Source of the DNA: Candidatus Calditenuis fumarioli | GTDB taxonomy: Archaea; Thermoproteota; Nitrososphaeria_A; Caldarchaeales; Calditenuaceae | Length of the DNA: 64,000 bases | Assembly: GCA_030059665.1 (NCBI GenBank) | Contig: JANVYR010000001.1 | Span: 320,001-384,000 of the forward strand | Direction of reading: 5' to 3' | Shown: one piece after another, positions 26,798-35,407 of the stretch | Numbering within the stretch: position 1 is the first letter of the stretch | Layout: each line of letters starts with the position of its first letter | Program-made: the position numbers and the translations under genes | Notes under the pieces: model-generated | Database searches by the model: none | What the model was told of the DNA's origin: nothing | The model's input: only the letters and a program-made list of their open reading frames with translations

Positions 26798-27782
26798 GGC
26801 GACCCCTCACCGTGACCACCTCCCACACGTCGTTCAGGATCGAGGTCACCGTTGGCTCGCCAGCACCCTCGCCGATCAGGGTCAGGTCGCCCGCTGTCCT
26901 GAGCCGGAAGGTCACTGCGTTCAGCGTCCCGTGGACGCATATCGGGTCGTTCAGCTTCACGAGCCGTGGAGCGACCGTGAGGTGGCCGTCTGGACTCACC
27001 GACCCTATGAGCTTCACCGCGAGGCCGGCCTCCTTCGCGAGGGAGACCGCGTCGGCCGTGACCCTGCTGATCCCGGTGATCCGGACGTCCTCGAGCCTCC
27101 TGTTCAGCCCCATGACGGAGTTGGCCAGTATCAGCAGCTTCAGGGCGGTGTCGTAACCCTCGATGTCGAGCGTCGGGTCGCGCTCAGCGATGCCGAGGTT
27201 CTGGGCCTCCCTCAGCGCCAGCTCAAACGTCAGCCCCTCGAAGTGCATCCTGCTCAGGATGTAGTTCGTGGTGCCGTTCAGGATCCCCCGGATCGAGAGG
27301 ACCTCGTCTCCGCGGAGGCAGAACCTCCTCAGCGATACCAGCGGTATCCCGCCACCGACGGTCCCCTCGAAGAGCAGCAGCGCTCCCGTTGACCTCGAGA
27401 GCTCCGTCAGCTCCCTGTAGGCGAGCGCGATCGGCGCCTTGTTCGCAGTGACCACATCGATCCCCCTCGAGAGCGCAGTTTTGATGTGCGTGAGCGCCGG
27501 CTCCCCGGTCGGGAGGTTCGTGGGCGTCAGCTCGATCAGGAGGTCCACCTTTCCGTCCTCGAGCAGCGAGATCGGGCTCCCCTCCACGAACCCTTCGAGG
27601 CTGGCGATATCGCCCTCCAGCTCCTCCAGCGTCAGCCCTCCGGGCCTGTGGATGTACCCGGTCGACCTCGCGACCGCCACGAGTTTGACCCCCGGAACCT
27701 TCCCCGACGCGAGGGCCCTCGCCACCCGCCTGCCGAGGAAGCCGTACCCGTTCACGAGCGCCCTGAGCGACACTCCGCTCAC
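26775..27782 (-). CDS. hom: Homoserine dehydrogenase
   Basis: GYGFLG, VVTANKAP, EGTVGGGIP, GILNGTTNYIL, DIEGYD. Confidence 0.95.
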   Translation of the reverse strand: MSGVSLRALVNGYGFLGRRVARALASGKVPGVKLVAVARSTGYIHRPGGLTLEELEGDIASLEGFVEGSPISLLEDGKVDLLIELTPTNLPTGEPALTHIKTALSRGIDVVTANKAPIALAYRELTELSRSTGALLLFEGTVGGGIPLVSLRRFCLRGDEVLSIRGILNGTTNYILSRMHFEGLTFELALREAQNLGIAERDPTLDIEGYDTALKLLILANSVMGLNRRLEDVRITGISRVTADAVSLAKEAGLAVKLIGSVSPDGHLTVAPRLVKLNDPICVHGTLNAVTFRLRTAGDLTLIGEGAGEPTVTSILNDVWEVVTVRGRLTGARGT

Positions 27783-28300
27783 ACCTCCGACAGGAGAAGG
27801 TAGCCGCGGTCCGCCGCCACCTCCTCGAGCCTCCTCATCAGGTCGTGTCCCGCCGCGCCCTCCGGGACCTCGAGCGTCAGACGGGCCGTGAGCTCGGAAC
27901 CACCGCCTCTAACCGACGCGTCGACGATCTTTAGCCCGAGGCCCTCAACGGCCCTGATGAGGTCGCCGAGCTCGCCGCTCCCGAGAACTATCACCGTCCG
28001 AAGTGACTTCTCAAGGCTCTCAGCCCCTATCACGGGGACGCCGACCGACTCGATGCCGCGTCTGGCACGCTCGAGGCTCTGGGCATCTGGGAACTCGACG
28101 TTGATGCTGACAGGGACGTAGCCCGATGTGATGCTCTCACGGCTGTGGACTATCGAGATGATGTTGCCGCCTGCGAGCGCTATCTGCTCCAGCGTCCTGA
28201 GCAGCGTTCCGGGCCTGTCGACGAGCGCACACGTCAGCCTCACCCTGACCGGTGGCATCGCCGATGCTGTTAGGTCCCTGCATATGTCCTTCATCGGCAT
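27779..28300 (-). CDS. Tandem ACT-domain protein (putative regulator of homoserine dehydrogenase)
   Basis: LVDRPGTL, NIISIVH; coupled to hom. Confidence 0.8.
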   Translation of the reverse strand: MPMKDICRDLTASAMPPVRVRLTCALVDRPGTLLRTLEQIALAGGNIISIVHSRESITSGYVPVSINVEFPDAQSLERARRGIESVGVPVIGAESLEKSLRTVIVLGSGELGDLIRAVEGLGLKIVDASVRGGGSELTARLTLEVPEGAAGHDLMRRLEEVAADRGYLLLSEV

Positions 28301-28404
28301 CGCAGCGCGGCTCCGAGGAGCTGTGGGTATGGGAGAGGGTGGGGAAGCTGGATACGGGGACGCTCGTAGGGTGGCATGGGAGCAGGGGGAGGAAGCGATC
28401 GCGA

Positions 28405-29583
28405 CTACTGCGATGCGAGCGTTGCCAAGCCCTTCAAGATGAGGTAAACGGCTGCGTGGACCGGGAGCTTGACCTCTGCGGGCCCCTCGAACGGCCCGTA
28501 CTCCCCACCCCCGATCCTGAACCTCGGCGCGAAGAGCACCCTGACCCTCACCGGCGGCCCCTTAAGCACCGCTGCCTCCTCGAAGGGGTCGAAGTCCTCA
28601 ACCCGATCTAGCGGTATCCGGGCTGCGGCCAGGCCGGTCTTGCCGTTGAGCGACCAGGGCAGCCTCACAAGCCTGTGGACGTCCTGAGTGACGACGGGAT
28701 CGACGTTCACCCGCTCCTCCGAGATCGCCCGAGATATCAGCTCCCTCCACCTGGAAGGTCTCAGCGCTCCCCAGTCCGGGTCCTCCAGCCAACTCTGAAC
28801 CTCTCCGGACCTCTCGAGCTGTGATGCCACAGACCTGACGATCCTCCCCCTCCACCCTGGCTCATCGAGGGAGGGCCTCCTGAGGGACCTAACCCTTCTA
28901 CCCTTCCAAGGCAGCCCGAGAAGGGAAGGATCGATGCCCTCGCAGGTCAGGTAGGTGACGATCTCGCGCCGTGCCATCTGGTCGAGCTTCCTGAGGCGTT
29001 CGGTGTAGACCACGACGTGGAAGCCCCTGTTCCCCGAGAAGCCCACCTCGATCTCCGACTCGCTGACGCCGAAATCGTCCGTGAGGACGTTCAGCAGCTT
29101 GATCAGCTCCGCCCGTGCTCCCTCTATGCATCGGTCGCACACCCACTCCACATCGCTCAGCCCTGACCCGCACTCGTCGCACTTGCCGTCGTCAGAGTTT
29201 CGGAGGCCGTGCACGGGACAGACGCGGTAGCTGTGCTCGTCGGCGCAAGGCAGGTCGAGGTGGTCGGCGTCGATGTCGAAGACCAGATCAGCGCCCTCCC
29301 AACCCTTCTCCTCCATTGGAGCCGCAGGGTACCTGAAGTAGGCCGAGGACCTGTAGGCGTGGAGCGGCACGACCTCCGCAAGCCTCCGCAAGAGCTCCCC
29401 AACGCTCTGGAAGGAGAGGTGCCTGACCATCACCTGCTTCCCGAACTCCCAGTACGCGAACTCCCTCTGCTGGGGCTCCCTGACCTCGATCGGTGGTGGA
29501 GGCTCGGACCTGTAGTACCTCGAGAAGACGGCCCTCACGAAGCGGAGCGTCTTGTCCTGGACCCGTGCGGCGACCGAGGTCAC
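28405..29583 (-). CDS. priS: DNA primase small subunit
   Basis: REFA, RHLSF, DLVFDIDAD, Zn-binding Cys cluster, FSGNRGFH, D..RLVRLPWSLNGKTG. Confidence 0.95.
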   Translation of the reverse strand: MTSVAARVQDKTLRFVRAVFSRYYRSEPPPPIEVREPQQREFAYWEFGKQVMVRHLSFQSVGELLRRLAEVVPLHAYRSSAYFRYPAAPMEEKGWEGADLVFDIDADHLDLPCADEHSYRVCPVHGLRNSDDGKCDECGSGLSDVEWVCDRCIEGARAELIKLLNVLTDDFGVSESEIEVGFSGNRGFHVVVYTERLRKLDQMARREIVTYLTCEGIDPSLLGLPWKGRRVRSLRRPSLDEPGWRGRIVRSVASQLERSGEVQSWLEDPDWGALRPSRWRELISRAISEERVNVDPVVTQDVHRLVRLPWSLNGKTGLAAARIPLDRVEDFDPFEEAAVLKGPPVRVRVLFAPRFRIGGGEYGPFEGPAEVKLPVHAAVYLILKGLATLASQ

Positions 29584-29653
29584 TGTAGGGCCCCTTGCAC
29601 ACCGCGTATTGAGGTATCTCGTCCCTGGAAGGAGGCGCGTATCCGGCGAAACC

Positions 29654-30451
29654 TCAGGGGACTACCGCGGTACCGATCCCCGACTCGATCAGGGAGAGCG
29701 GGTCCTCTCCGAGGCCGTTGCAGATGAACGCCCTCCCGACGCCGGCTTTTACAGATTCGGCCGCGAGCATCACCTTCCTGTTCATCCCAGGTCCTATCGA
29801 GGGCAGCAACCTCACCGCCTCGTCGGCGGAGAGCCTACCTACCAGCTTCCCGTCGATGAGGAGGCCGTCGACGTCCGTGAGGAAGACCAGCTCCTCCGCG
29901 CCGAGGGCCCTGGCCAGGTAAGCGGCCGCCTGGTCGCCGTCCACGTTCAGGAGCTCGCCCTCCTCGCTCACCGCTATCGGCGCTACCACCACGATCAGGC
30001 CCTGGGAGAGGAGGCTCCTGATCAGGTCTGCGTTGACGGCCTTGATCTGGCCGGTGTAGCCGCCGTCGATGACGCGTTTCCTCCCGCGCTCGTCAACGAC
30101 AACGATACGCTTCTTGCGCTCCGCGAGGAGCAGGCCGCCGTCCGCACCCGAGATGCCGACCGCACGGGCTCCGTGCTTAGTGGCCTCCGCGACGAGCGAC
30201 TTGTTGATCTTGCCTGCCATCACCATAACGTAGACCTCCAGCTCCTTCTCGTCGGTGTAACGGCTCCTGATGCCCTGGGGCGAGACCACGAACTTCGGCT
30301 CTATCCCCAGCGCACGGCAGTACTCAGTTACCACGTCGCCGCCCCCGTGGACGAGGACCACCTGCTTGCTCGACGAGGCCCTAACGACGCTCCGGACGAT
30401 GTTCGAAGCGTTTGCGGTGATGGCCCTCCCGCCAGCCTTGACGACCAGCAT
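29654..30451 (-). CDS. lysZ: [LysW]-aminoadipate/glutamate kinase
   Basis: MLVVKAGG, VHGGG, GQIRSRYTD-like segment, NVDGD, TDVDG, GMNRK. Confidence 0.88.
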   Translation of the reverse strand: MLVVKAGGRAITANASNIVRSVVRASSSKQVVLVHGGGDVVTEYCRALGIEPKFVVSPQGIRSRYTDEKELEVYVMVMAGKINKSLVAEATKHGARAVGISGADGGLLLAERKKRIVVVDERGRKRVIDGGYTGQIKAVNADLIRSLLSQGLIVVVAPIAVSEEGELLNVDGDQAAAYLARALGAEELVFLTDVDGLLIDGKLVGRLSADEAVRLLPSIGPGMNRKVMLAAESVKAGVGRAFICNGLGEDPLSLIESGIGTAVVP

Positions 30452-30502
30452 CCCTTCGGACGCGAGTCGCGTACCGCACAATATCGACCTTCGCTGGCAC
30501 GC

Positions 30503-31519
30503 TCAGAGGGAAGACCTGAAGGACCTCACGAGTTCAGGCCACCAGCTGGATCTGCCGTCGAAGGGGACGGAGACGGAGACGCTCTCGAGCAGGCCCCTGT
30601 ACCTCCTGACGATCTCCTGCGCCACCCGCGATGGCCTTCCGGAGACGGAGAACTCCCGCATCATCTCGTCGTCCACCAGCCGGGCCATCTCGTCCCATTT
30701 CCCCTCACGGGCCAGCCCGCTCAGCTCCTCACCCACCCGCTCCCAGCCGTACAGAGCCAGTATCGTCCGGTAGGCGGGAGTGGAGGCGTAGAAAGCGATC
30801 ATCCGCCTGACCAGCTCCTCGCTCCTCCGGACCTCCTCGTCGTCGCTGCCTATCGCGGTGAAGACCGTTGCCGAGAGCTTGACCTCCTCGGGCCTCCTGC
30901 CGGCGCGCTCCGCACCCTCCCTTATCGCTGGCAGCATCACCTCCCGGATGTACCTGGGCGAGTTGAGCGGGTGGACGTGAACCCCGTCACACAGCTCTCC
31001 CGCGAGCCGGCACATCCCTCTGTTCACCGCCGCGACGTACACCGGTATCTCCGGATGCTCTATCGGTCCGGGATCGAAGTACCAGCTGGTGAGGTCGATC
31101 CGGTAGTGCTTCCCCCGGAACTGAGGGGGACGTCCGGTCTGCCAGGCCCTCCAGACCTCCCTGAGCGCCGTAATGTACTCCCTCATCCTAGATAGCGGGC
31201 TCTCCCACCTCATGCCGAACCGACGCTCTATGTGGGCCCTCACCTGCGTTCCCAACCCCAGCGCGAACCTCCCTCCCGAGAGCGACTGGACGTCCCATGC
31301 GGAGTGGGCCACCACCGTCGGGCTCCGTGCGAACGCGACCACGATCGCGGTGCCGAGTCTAACCCTCCTGGTGGAGGCCGCAGCCAGCGCCAACATCGCG
31401 AACGGGTCGTGTTTCGTCTCCCTGAAGAGAAGACCGTCGAACCCGAGGCGCTCCGCCTCCGCAGCGAGCCCTGGAACCTCCGACACCCTGTCGGGCTCGA
31501 TTGAGGCCTCTAACCTCAC
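30503..31519 (-). CDS. LLM-class (probably F420-dependent) oxidoreductase
   Basis: ETKHDPF, GTAIVVAFARSP, LGLGTQVRAHIERRFG. Start GTG 31519. Confidence 0.88.
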   Translation of the reverse strand: MRLEASIEPDRVSEVPGLAAEAERLGFDGLLFRETKHDPFAMLALAAASTRRVRLGTAIVVAFARSPTVVAHSAWDVQSLSGGRFALGLGTQVRAHIERRFGMRWESPLSRMREYITALREVWRAWQTGRPPQFRGKHYRIDLTSWYFDPGPIEHPEIPVYVAAVNRGMCRLAGELCDGVHVHPLNSPRYIREVMLPAIREGAERAGRRPEEVKLSATVFTAIGSDDEEVRRSEELVRRMIAFYASTPAYRTILALYGWERVGEELSGLAREGKWDEMARLVDDEMMREFSVSGRPSRVAQEIVRRYRGLLESVSVSVPFDGRSSWWPELVRSFRSSL

Positions 31520-31604
31520 GCACCTCCCAGCACCGACCGGTATATTGCCGGTTACGCTCGGCACCTTTATCAGCTTGGCATCCGAGGGCGGTTAAGGTGG
31601 GAGC

Positions 31605-31835
31605 TTGGGCAAGATCAGGACGGCGAAGGTGAAGCGCGTAGCCCGGGAGATAATGGAAAAGTACGGCCCGCGGGTCTCGACGTCGTTCGAGGAGAACAAG
31701 CTGCTCGTACGGCAGGTCCTGACAGGGCAGGTCTCGAAGAAGTTCGCGAACAAGGTGGCAGGGTACCTCACGAGGCTCGCGAAGCTGGCGCAGAGGAAGG
31801 CGGCTCAGGAGCAGGCCCAGGCTGAATCGGGTTGA
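31605..31835 (+). CDS. rps17e: 30S ribosomal protein S17e
   Basis: MGKIRT..VKR, FEENK, NKVAGYLT. Confidence 0.95.
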   Translation: MGKIRTAKVKRVAREIMEKYGPRVSTSFEENKLLVRQVLTGQVSKKFANKVAGYLTRLAKLAQRKAAQEQAQAESG

Positions 31836-31839
31836 GGCC

Positions 31840-32916
31840 TTGGGCAGCGACGTCGTCAGGAGGAAGGCCGAGCACATCAGGATAGCGCTGGAAGGCGACG
31901 TAGAGTACAGGAAGAGCAACTGGCTCGAGTACGTCGAGTTCGTTCACCGCGCTCTCCCCGAGCTCTCCCTCGAATCGGTCGAGACCGAGGCCCGCTTCCT
32001 GGGAAGGAGGTTCCGGATGCCGTTGCTGATCGAAGGGATGACGGGAGGGACCGAGGAGGCCCTGAGGATAAACCGGGCGCTCGCGATGGCGGCCTCTGAG
32101 CTGGGGATACCGATGGGCGTGGGGAGCCAGAGGGCCGGGATCCTGAACAGCGGGGTCCGGAGGACCTACACCGTCGCTCGTGAGGTGGCACCCGATGCCT
32201 TCCTCATCGCCAACATAGGAGCTGCGCAGCTGGTCAAAGGCGGCGTCGATATGGCGAAGGATGCGGTCGAGATGCTGAGGGCTGACGCGCTGGCGATACA
32301 CCTGAACGTCCTCCAGGAGCTGGTCCAGCCGGGAGGCGACACCGACTTCACCGGCGTCACCGACGCGATAGGCGATGCGGTGAGGGAGGTAGGGGTTCCG
32401 GTGATCGTGAAGGAGGTGGGGTGCGGGATATCATATGAGGACGCGCTCGTGCTTCAGCGCACTGGCGTCAGGGCCGTGGACGTCTCCGGCTCAGGCGGCA
32501 CCAACTGGACCGAGATAGAGCGTCAGAGGGCCCTCTCCGCCGGGGACGTTGAGAAGGCCTCGCTGGCGGAGGTCTTCAGGGAGTGGGGGATACCTACGGC
32601 GGCCGCGGTCCTCGAGGTCTCCCGGGTCGAGGGCATAGAGGTGGTGGGATCAGGGGGGATACGGAGCGGGCTCGAGGTGGCGAAGGTCCTGGCGCTCGGA
32701 GCCTCCATGGCTGGGATCGCGAGGCCCTTCCTGGCGGCCGCGGTCGAGGGCCCGGAAGCAGCGGTCGCACTTGCCAGAAGGATCGAGAGGGAGCTGAAGG
32801 TTGCGATGGTCCTGACCGGCTCGAGGAACGTGGGCGACCTGCGGAGAGCACCGAGGGTCATCCTGGGGCCGCTGAGGGCCTGGTGCGAGCAGAGGGGGCT
32901 GCTGGAGAGGGACTGA
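31840..32916 (+). CDS. fni: Isopentenyl-diphosphate delta-isomerase type 2
   Basis: RKAEH, GMTGG, GSQR, HLNVLQE, VKEVGCG, GGTNW, SGGIRSG. Confidence 0.96.
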   Translation: MGSDVVRRKAEHIRIALEGDVEYRKSNWLEYVEFVHRALPELSLESVETEARFLGRRFRMPLLIEGMTGGTEEALRINRALAMAASELGIPMGVGSQRAGILNSGVRRTYTVAREVAPDAFLIANIGAAQLVKGGVDMAKDAVEMLRADALAIHLNVLQELVQPGGDTDFTGVTDAIGDAVREVGVPVIVKEVGCGISYEDALVLQRTGVRAVDVSGSGGTNWTEIERQRALSAGDVEKASLAEVFREWGIPTAAAVLEVSRVEGIEVVGSGGIRSGLEVAKVLALGASMAGIARPFLAAAVEGPEAAVALARRIERELKVAMVLTGSRNVGDLRRAPRVILGPLRAWCEQRGLLERD

Positions 32917-32947
32917 CCGTCTTCACGGAGCCACGGAAAAGTGGCGA

Positions 32948-34129
32948 TCAGTAACCGATCCCGACGGTGTTCCCGATGCCCGCGACTATGACCACTCCCT
33001 TCTCAGGTACGTACTTCCTGACGATCTCCTTCACCTTCTCCAGCGCCTGATCAGTGGCCTTCGAGATAGACTCCCTCATCGGGGTTATGGCCTCGGCGAT
33101 CGACTGGAAGATCGCGATGGCGTAGAGCGTCACGTTCTTCTCACGAGCGATCGTCTCGATCTTGAACTTGTCAACGCCTGGCCCTCCTATGGCGACCCCC
33201 GCGCCCTCCGCTATCTTTCCCGACTCCTCACCCTCCAGCTTCAACGCTGCGTCGATCGTGATCACCGCGTCCACCTTGCCCTCCATCTCGATCACCCTCT
33301 TTACGGCCTCTCCCGGCCTTCCGACGGTCCCTCCCGGGCCCTTCGCCCTGACGATGTAGACCTTCCTGCCCTCCCACTCGCCGAGCATGACGGTGGTGTC
33401 CTTGACCGACTCGTCGACCGTTACCGCGTTTATCTCCCGAGCGAACTTGGCCGCCACCAGGACGCCCGCACCGTCGCCGATCGGCTGGCCGTTGTAGAAC
33501 GCGAATGAAGCCTGGCGGTAGGCCTCGGCCAGCTCCAGGATCATCGGAAGCTGCATCTGTATCTGGATCGCGAGGAAGTAGTTGGATGTCCTGCGGCCGA
33601 GGAGGTAGTAGTGCCTGACGATGCGGTAGATCAGGTTCATGGCCCGGGCCACCTCGACGAGGTTGGTCAGCGTCTTGATCCTGTGAACGTCGTCCGTCTT
33701 GACGAGCGCCGCAACCTGGTCCTCGAACCTGTTCTCGCCTATCTCGAGGATGTGCTCGAGCTTGTAGACGACGCCGACCGGGTCCATGGACTCCGGTGCG
33801 ATGTAGAAGTAATCGAGGATGGTGTCCAGCCTCCTACCCAGCTCCTCGTCCGGAAGGTCTGAGCCCGCCTGCTTGATCGCGGTGATGGTGCGCTGCCTGA
33901 CGTCGTCCCTCATCAGCTTCAGCCTGTAGAGCTTCCGGTCGATGTCCCTCAGGACGTTCATCAGCTGGACCCTCTGGCCGAACATCGGGTAGAAGAAGAA
34001 GGACAGGAGGAGGAAGACGAACCAGAAGAGCATCAGCAGCGTAGAGTCCTCCGTTGGGGCCGTGGCCGCCGCGTTCAGCATCTCACTCGGTATTACTCCG
34101 GACACCTCGTTCCCCATGAACTCACTCAA
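32948..34129 (-). CDS. DUF1512-family protein
   Basis: N-terminal TM helix, PIGDGAG, KGPGGTVGRPG, IDAALKLEGE..G...EG.GVAIGG, GIGNT. Confidence 0.8.
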   Translation of the reverse strand: MSEFMGNEVSGVIPSEMLNAAATAPTEDSTLLMLFWFVFLLLSFFFYPMFGQRVQLMNVLRDIDRKLYRLKLMRDDVRQRTITAIKQAGSDLPDEELGRRLDTILDYFYIAPESMDPVGVVYKLEHILEIGENRFEDQVAALVKTDDVHRIKTLTNLVEVARAMNLIYRIVRHYYLLGRRTSNYFLAIQIQMQLPMILELAEAYRQASFAFYNGQPIGDGAGVLVAAKFAREINAVTVDESVKDTTVMLGEWEGRKVYIVRAKGPGGTVGRPGEAVKRVIEMEGKVDAVITIDAALKLEGEESGKIAEGAGVAIGGPGVDKFKIETIAREKNVTLYAIAIFQSIAEAITPMRESISKATDQALEKVKEIVRKYVPEKGVVIVAGIGNTVGIGY

Positions 34130-34755
34130 CGGTCCGTTTTAGGTTCTTCTGAAGCGTCCGGTTGGGGCGTCGAGTTTGGGCCGTCCCGCGGCTCGCCGGT
34201 GGGGGCATCGCCGGAGTTGGGAGGCCCTACACGCCCGATCAGCGAGGAGATGGCCCGCTTGACCTTCGCGGTCGAGCCCTCGACGCCGAGGAGCATCGCG
34301 AAGAGCTGCGAGGTCCTCAGGACCTTGGACCTCCCCTTCTGCTCCACCTCCACCAGCCCCAGCTCCTCCAGCTCCCGGACGTGGACGTAGGCCCTCGATC
34401 CCCTGACGGCAGCAACGGCTGACATCTCGATCGGTTGGTGGTACGCGATGAACGAGAGCGTCCTTAGGGTCCCCGGAGAGAGGAGGGAGCCCCTGTGGTA
34501 CCTCCTCACGATCGGCAGCAGCTCGTTTCGGAGGTGCATCAGGAACCTCTCCCCCGGCAGCTCGGAGACCGTGAAGGCCCTCCCCTGCTCGTCGTACTCG
34601 CGCTTGAGCTCCAGGACCAGCCTCACCAGCTCCCTCTTGCTCCTCCACCCCGTCGCCCTGGAGAGGGTCCTGAGGTCGACGGGCCTGTTGGAGGCGAAGA
34701 GGATCGACTCGATCACGAGCTTAGCCTCGCTCTCGCCAAGACGCTCACGCCGCAA
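34126..34755 (-). CDS. scpB: Segregation and condensation protein B
   Basis: IESILFAS, LSPGTLRTLSFIAYHQPI, VRG, LEELGLV, TSQLF. Confidence 0.9.
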   Translation of the reverse strand: MRRERLGESEAKLVIESILFASNRPVDLRTLSRATGWRSKRELVRLVLELKREYDEQGRAFTVSELPGERFLMHLRNELLPIVRRYHRGSLLSPGTLRTLSFIAYHQPIEMSAVAAVRGSRAYVHVRELEELGLVEVEQKGRSKVLRTSQLFAMLLGVEGSTAKVKRAISSLIGRVGPPNSGDAPTGEPRDGPNSTPQPDASEEPKTDR

Positions 34756-35407
34756 CCCCGCTCACCGCCCTCACCAAAACTTTCCCCGTGAGCTCGTCCT
34801 GGAAGACGTCCACGTACCCCCTCATGGCCGCGAAGAGGAGGAGGATGATCCTCTTGACGGCTGCAGCCCTGTTCAGCCCCCTCACCAGCTCCTCCAGCGG
34901 GAACTCCGGCGCCCTCGAGAGGAGGGCCATCAGCTCGCGAAGGAACTCCTCGAACTCCTCCTCGATCTTGACGAGGTAATCGTCCACCTTAATGTCGACG
35001 TTGATCTGCTCGAACTTGGCGCTCTGGGCGCCAGCGCTCATCTTCTCCAGCACCCCCATCAGCTCCCTGACGACGTCCAGCAACGTCAGCGTCAGCACTT
35101 CCCCCCTAAGCGGTATCTCGATCGGCGGCGGAACCAGCAGGTCCGGTCGCTCGATGTGCCTCTCCCTCTCCTGCTCGTCGATCCGCTCGCTCTTCTCGCG
35201 GTGTATGACCGCAGCCGTGTAGATCGCGACGCCTGCCTGGCTGAGGGTGACCGAGAGGCCCCTGATCACCTCCGCGAGCTGCCTGAGGAGGGGGAGCAGC
35301 TTGACGTTCCAGGGCCTGAACCTCTTCAGCTCCGCCGGATTCAGCAGGAGCCTCCAGTCGGCCGCGACCCTCTCAGCTCTGACTCCCCTGCTCGCCAACC
35401 AGCTCAC
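34745..35407 (-). CDS. scpA: Segregation and condensation protein A (kleisin)
   Basis: PWNVKL, AG.AIYTAAVIHREKS, C-terminal LLLFAAMRGYVDVFQDE. Confidence 0.82.
   Translation of the reverse strand: MSWLASRGVRAERVAADWRLLLNPAELKRFRPWNVKLLPLLRQLAEVIRGLSVTLSQAGVAIYTAAVIHREKSERIDEQERERHIERPDLLVPPPIEIPLRGEVLTLTLLDVVRELMGVLEKMSAGAQSAKFEQINVDIKVDDYLVKIEEEFEEFLRELMALLSRAPEFPLEELVRGLNRAAAVKRIILLLFAAMRGYVDVFQDELTGKVLVRAVSGVAA

Noticed and set aside
29552-31195. Long antisense ORFs over real genes (e.g. 29552..31195, 46704..48371, 38737..40263, 21787..22821)
   Set aside because: Shadow frames expected from strong GC3 codon bias; no motifs, and each lies opposite a well-supported gene.
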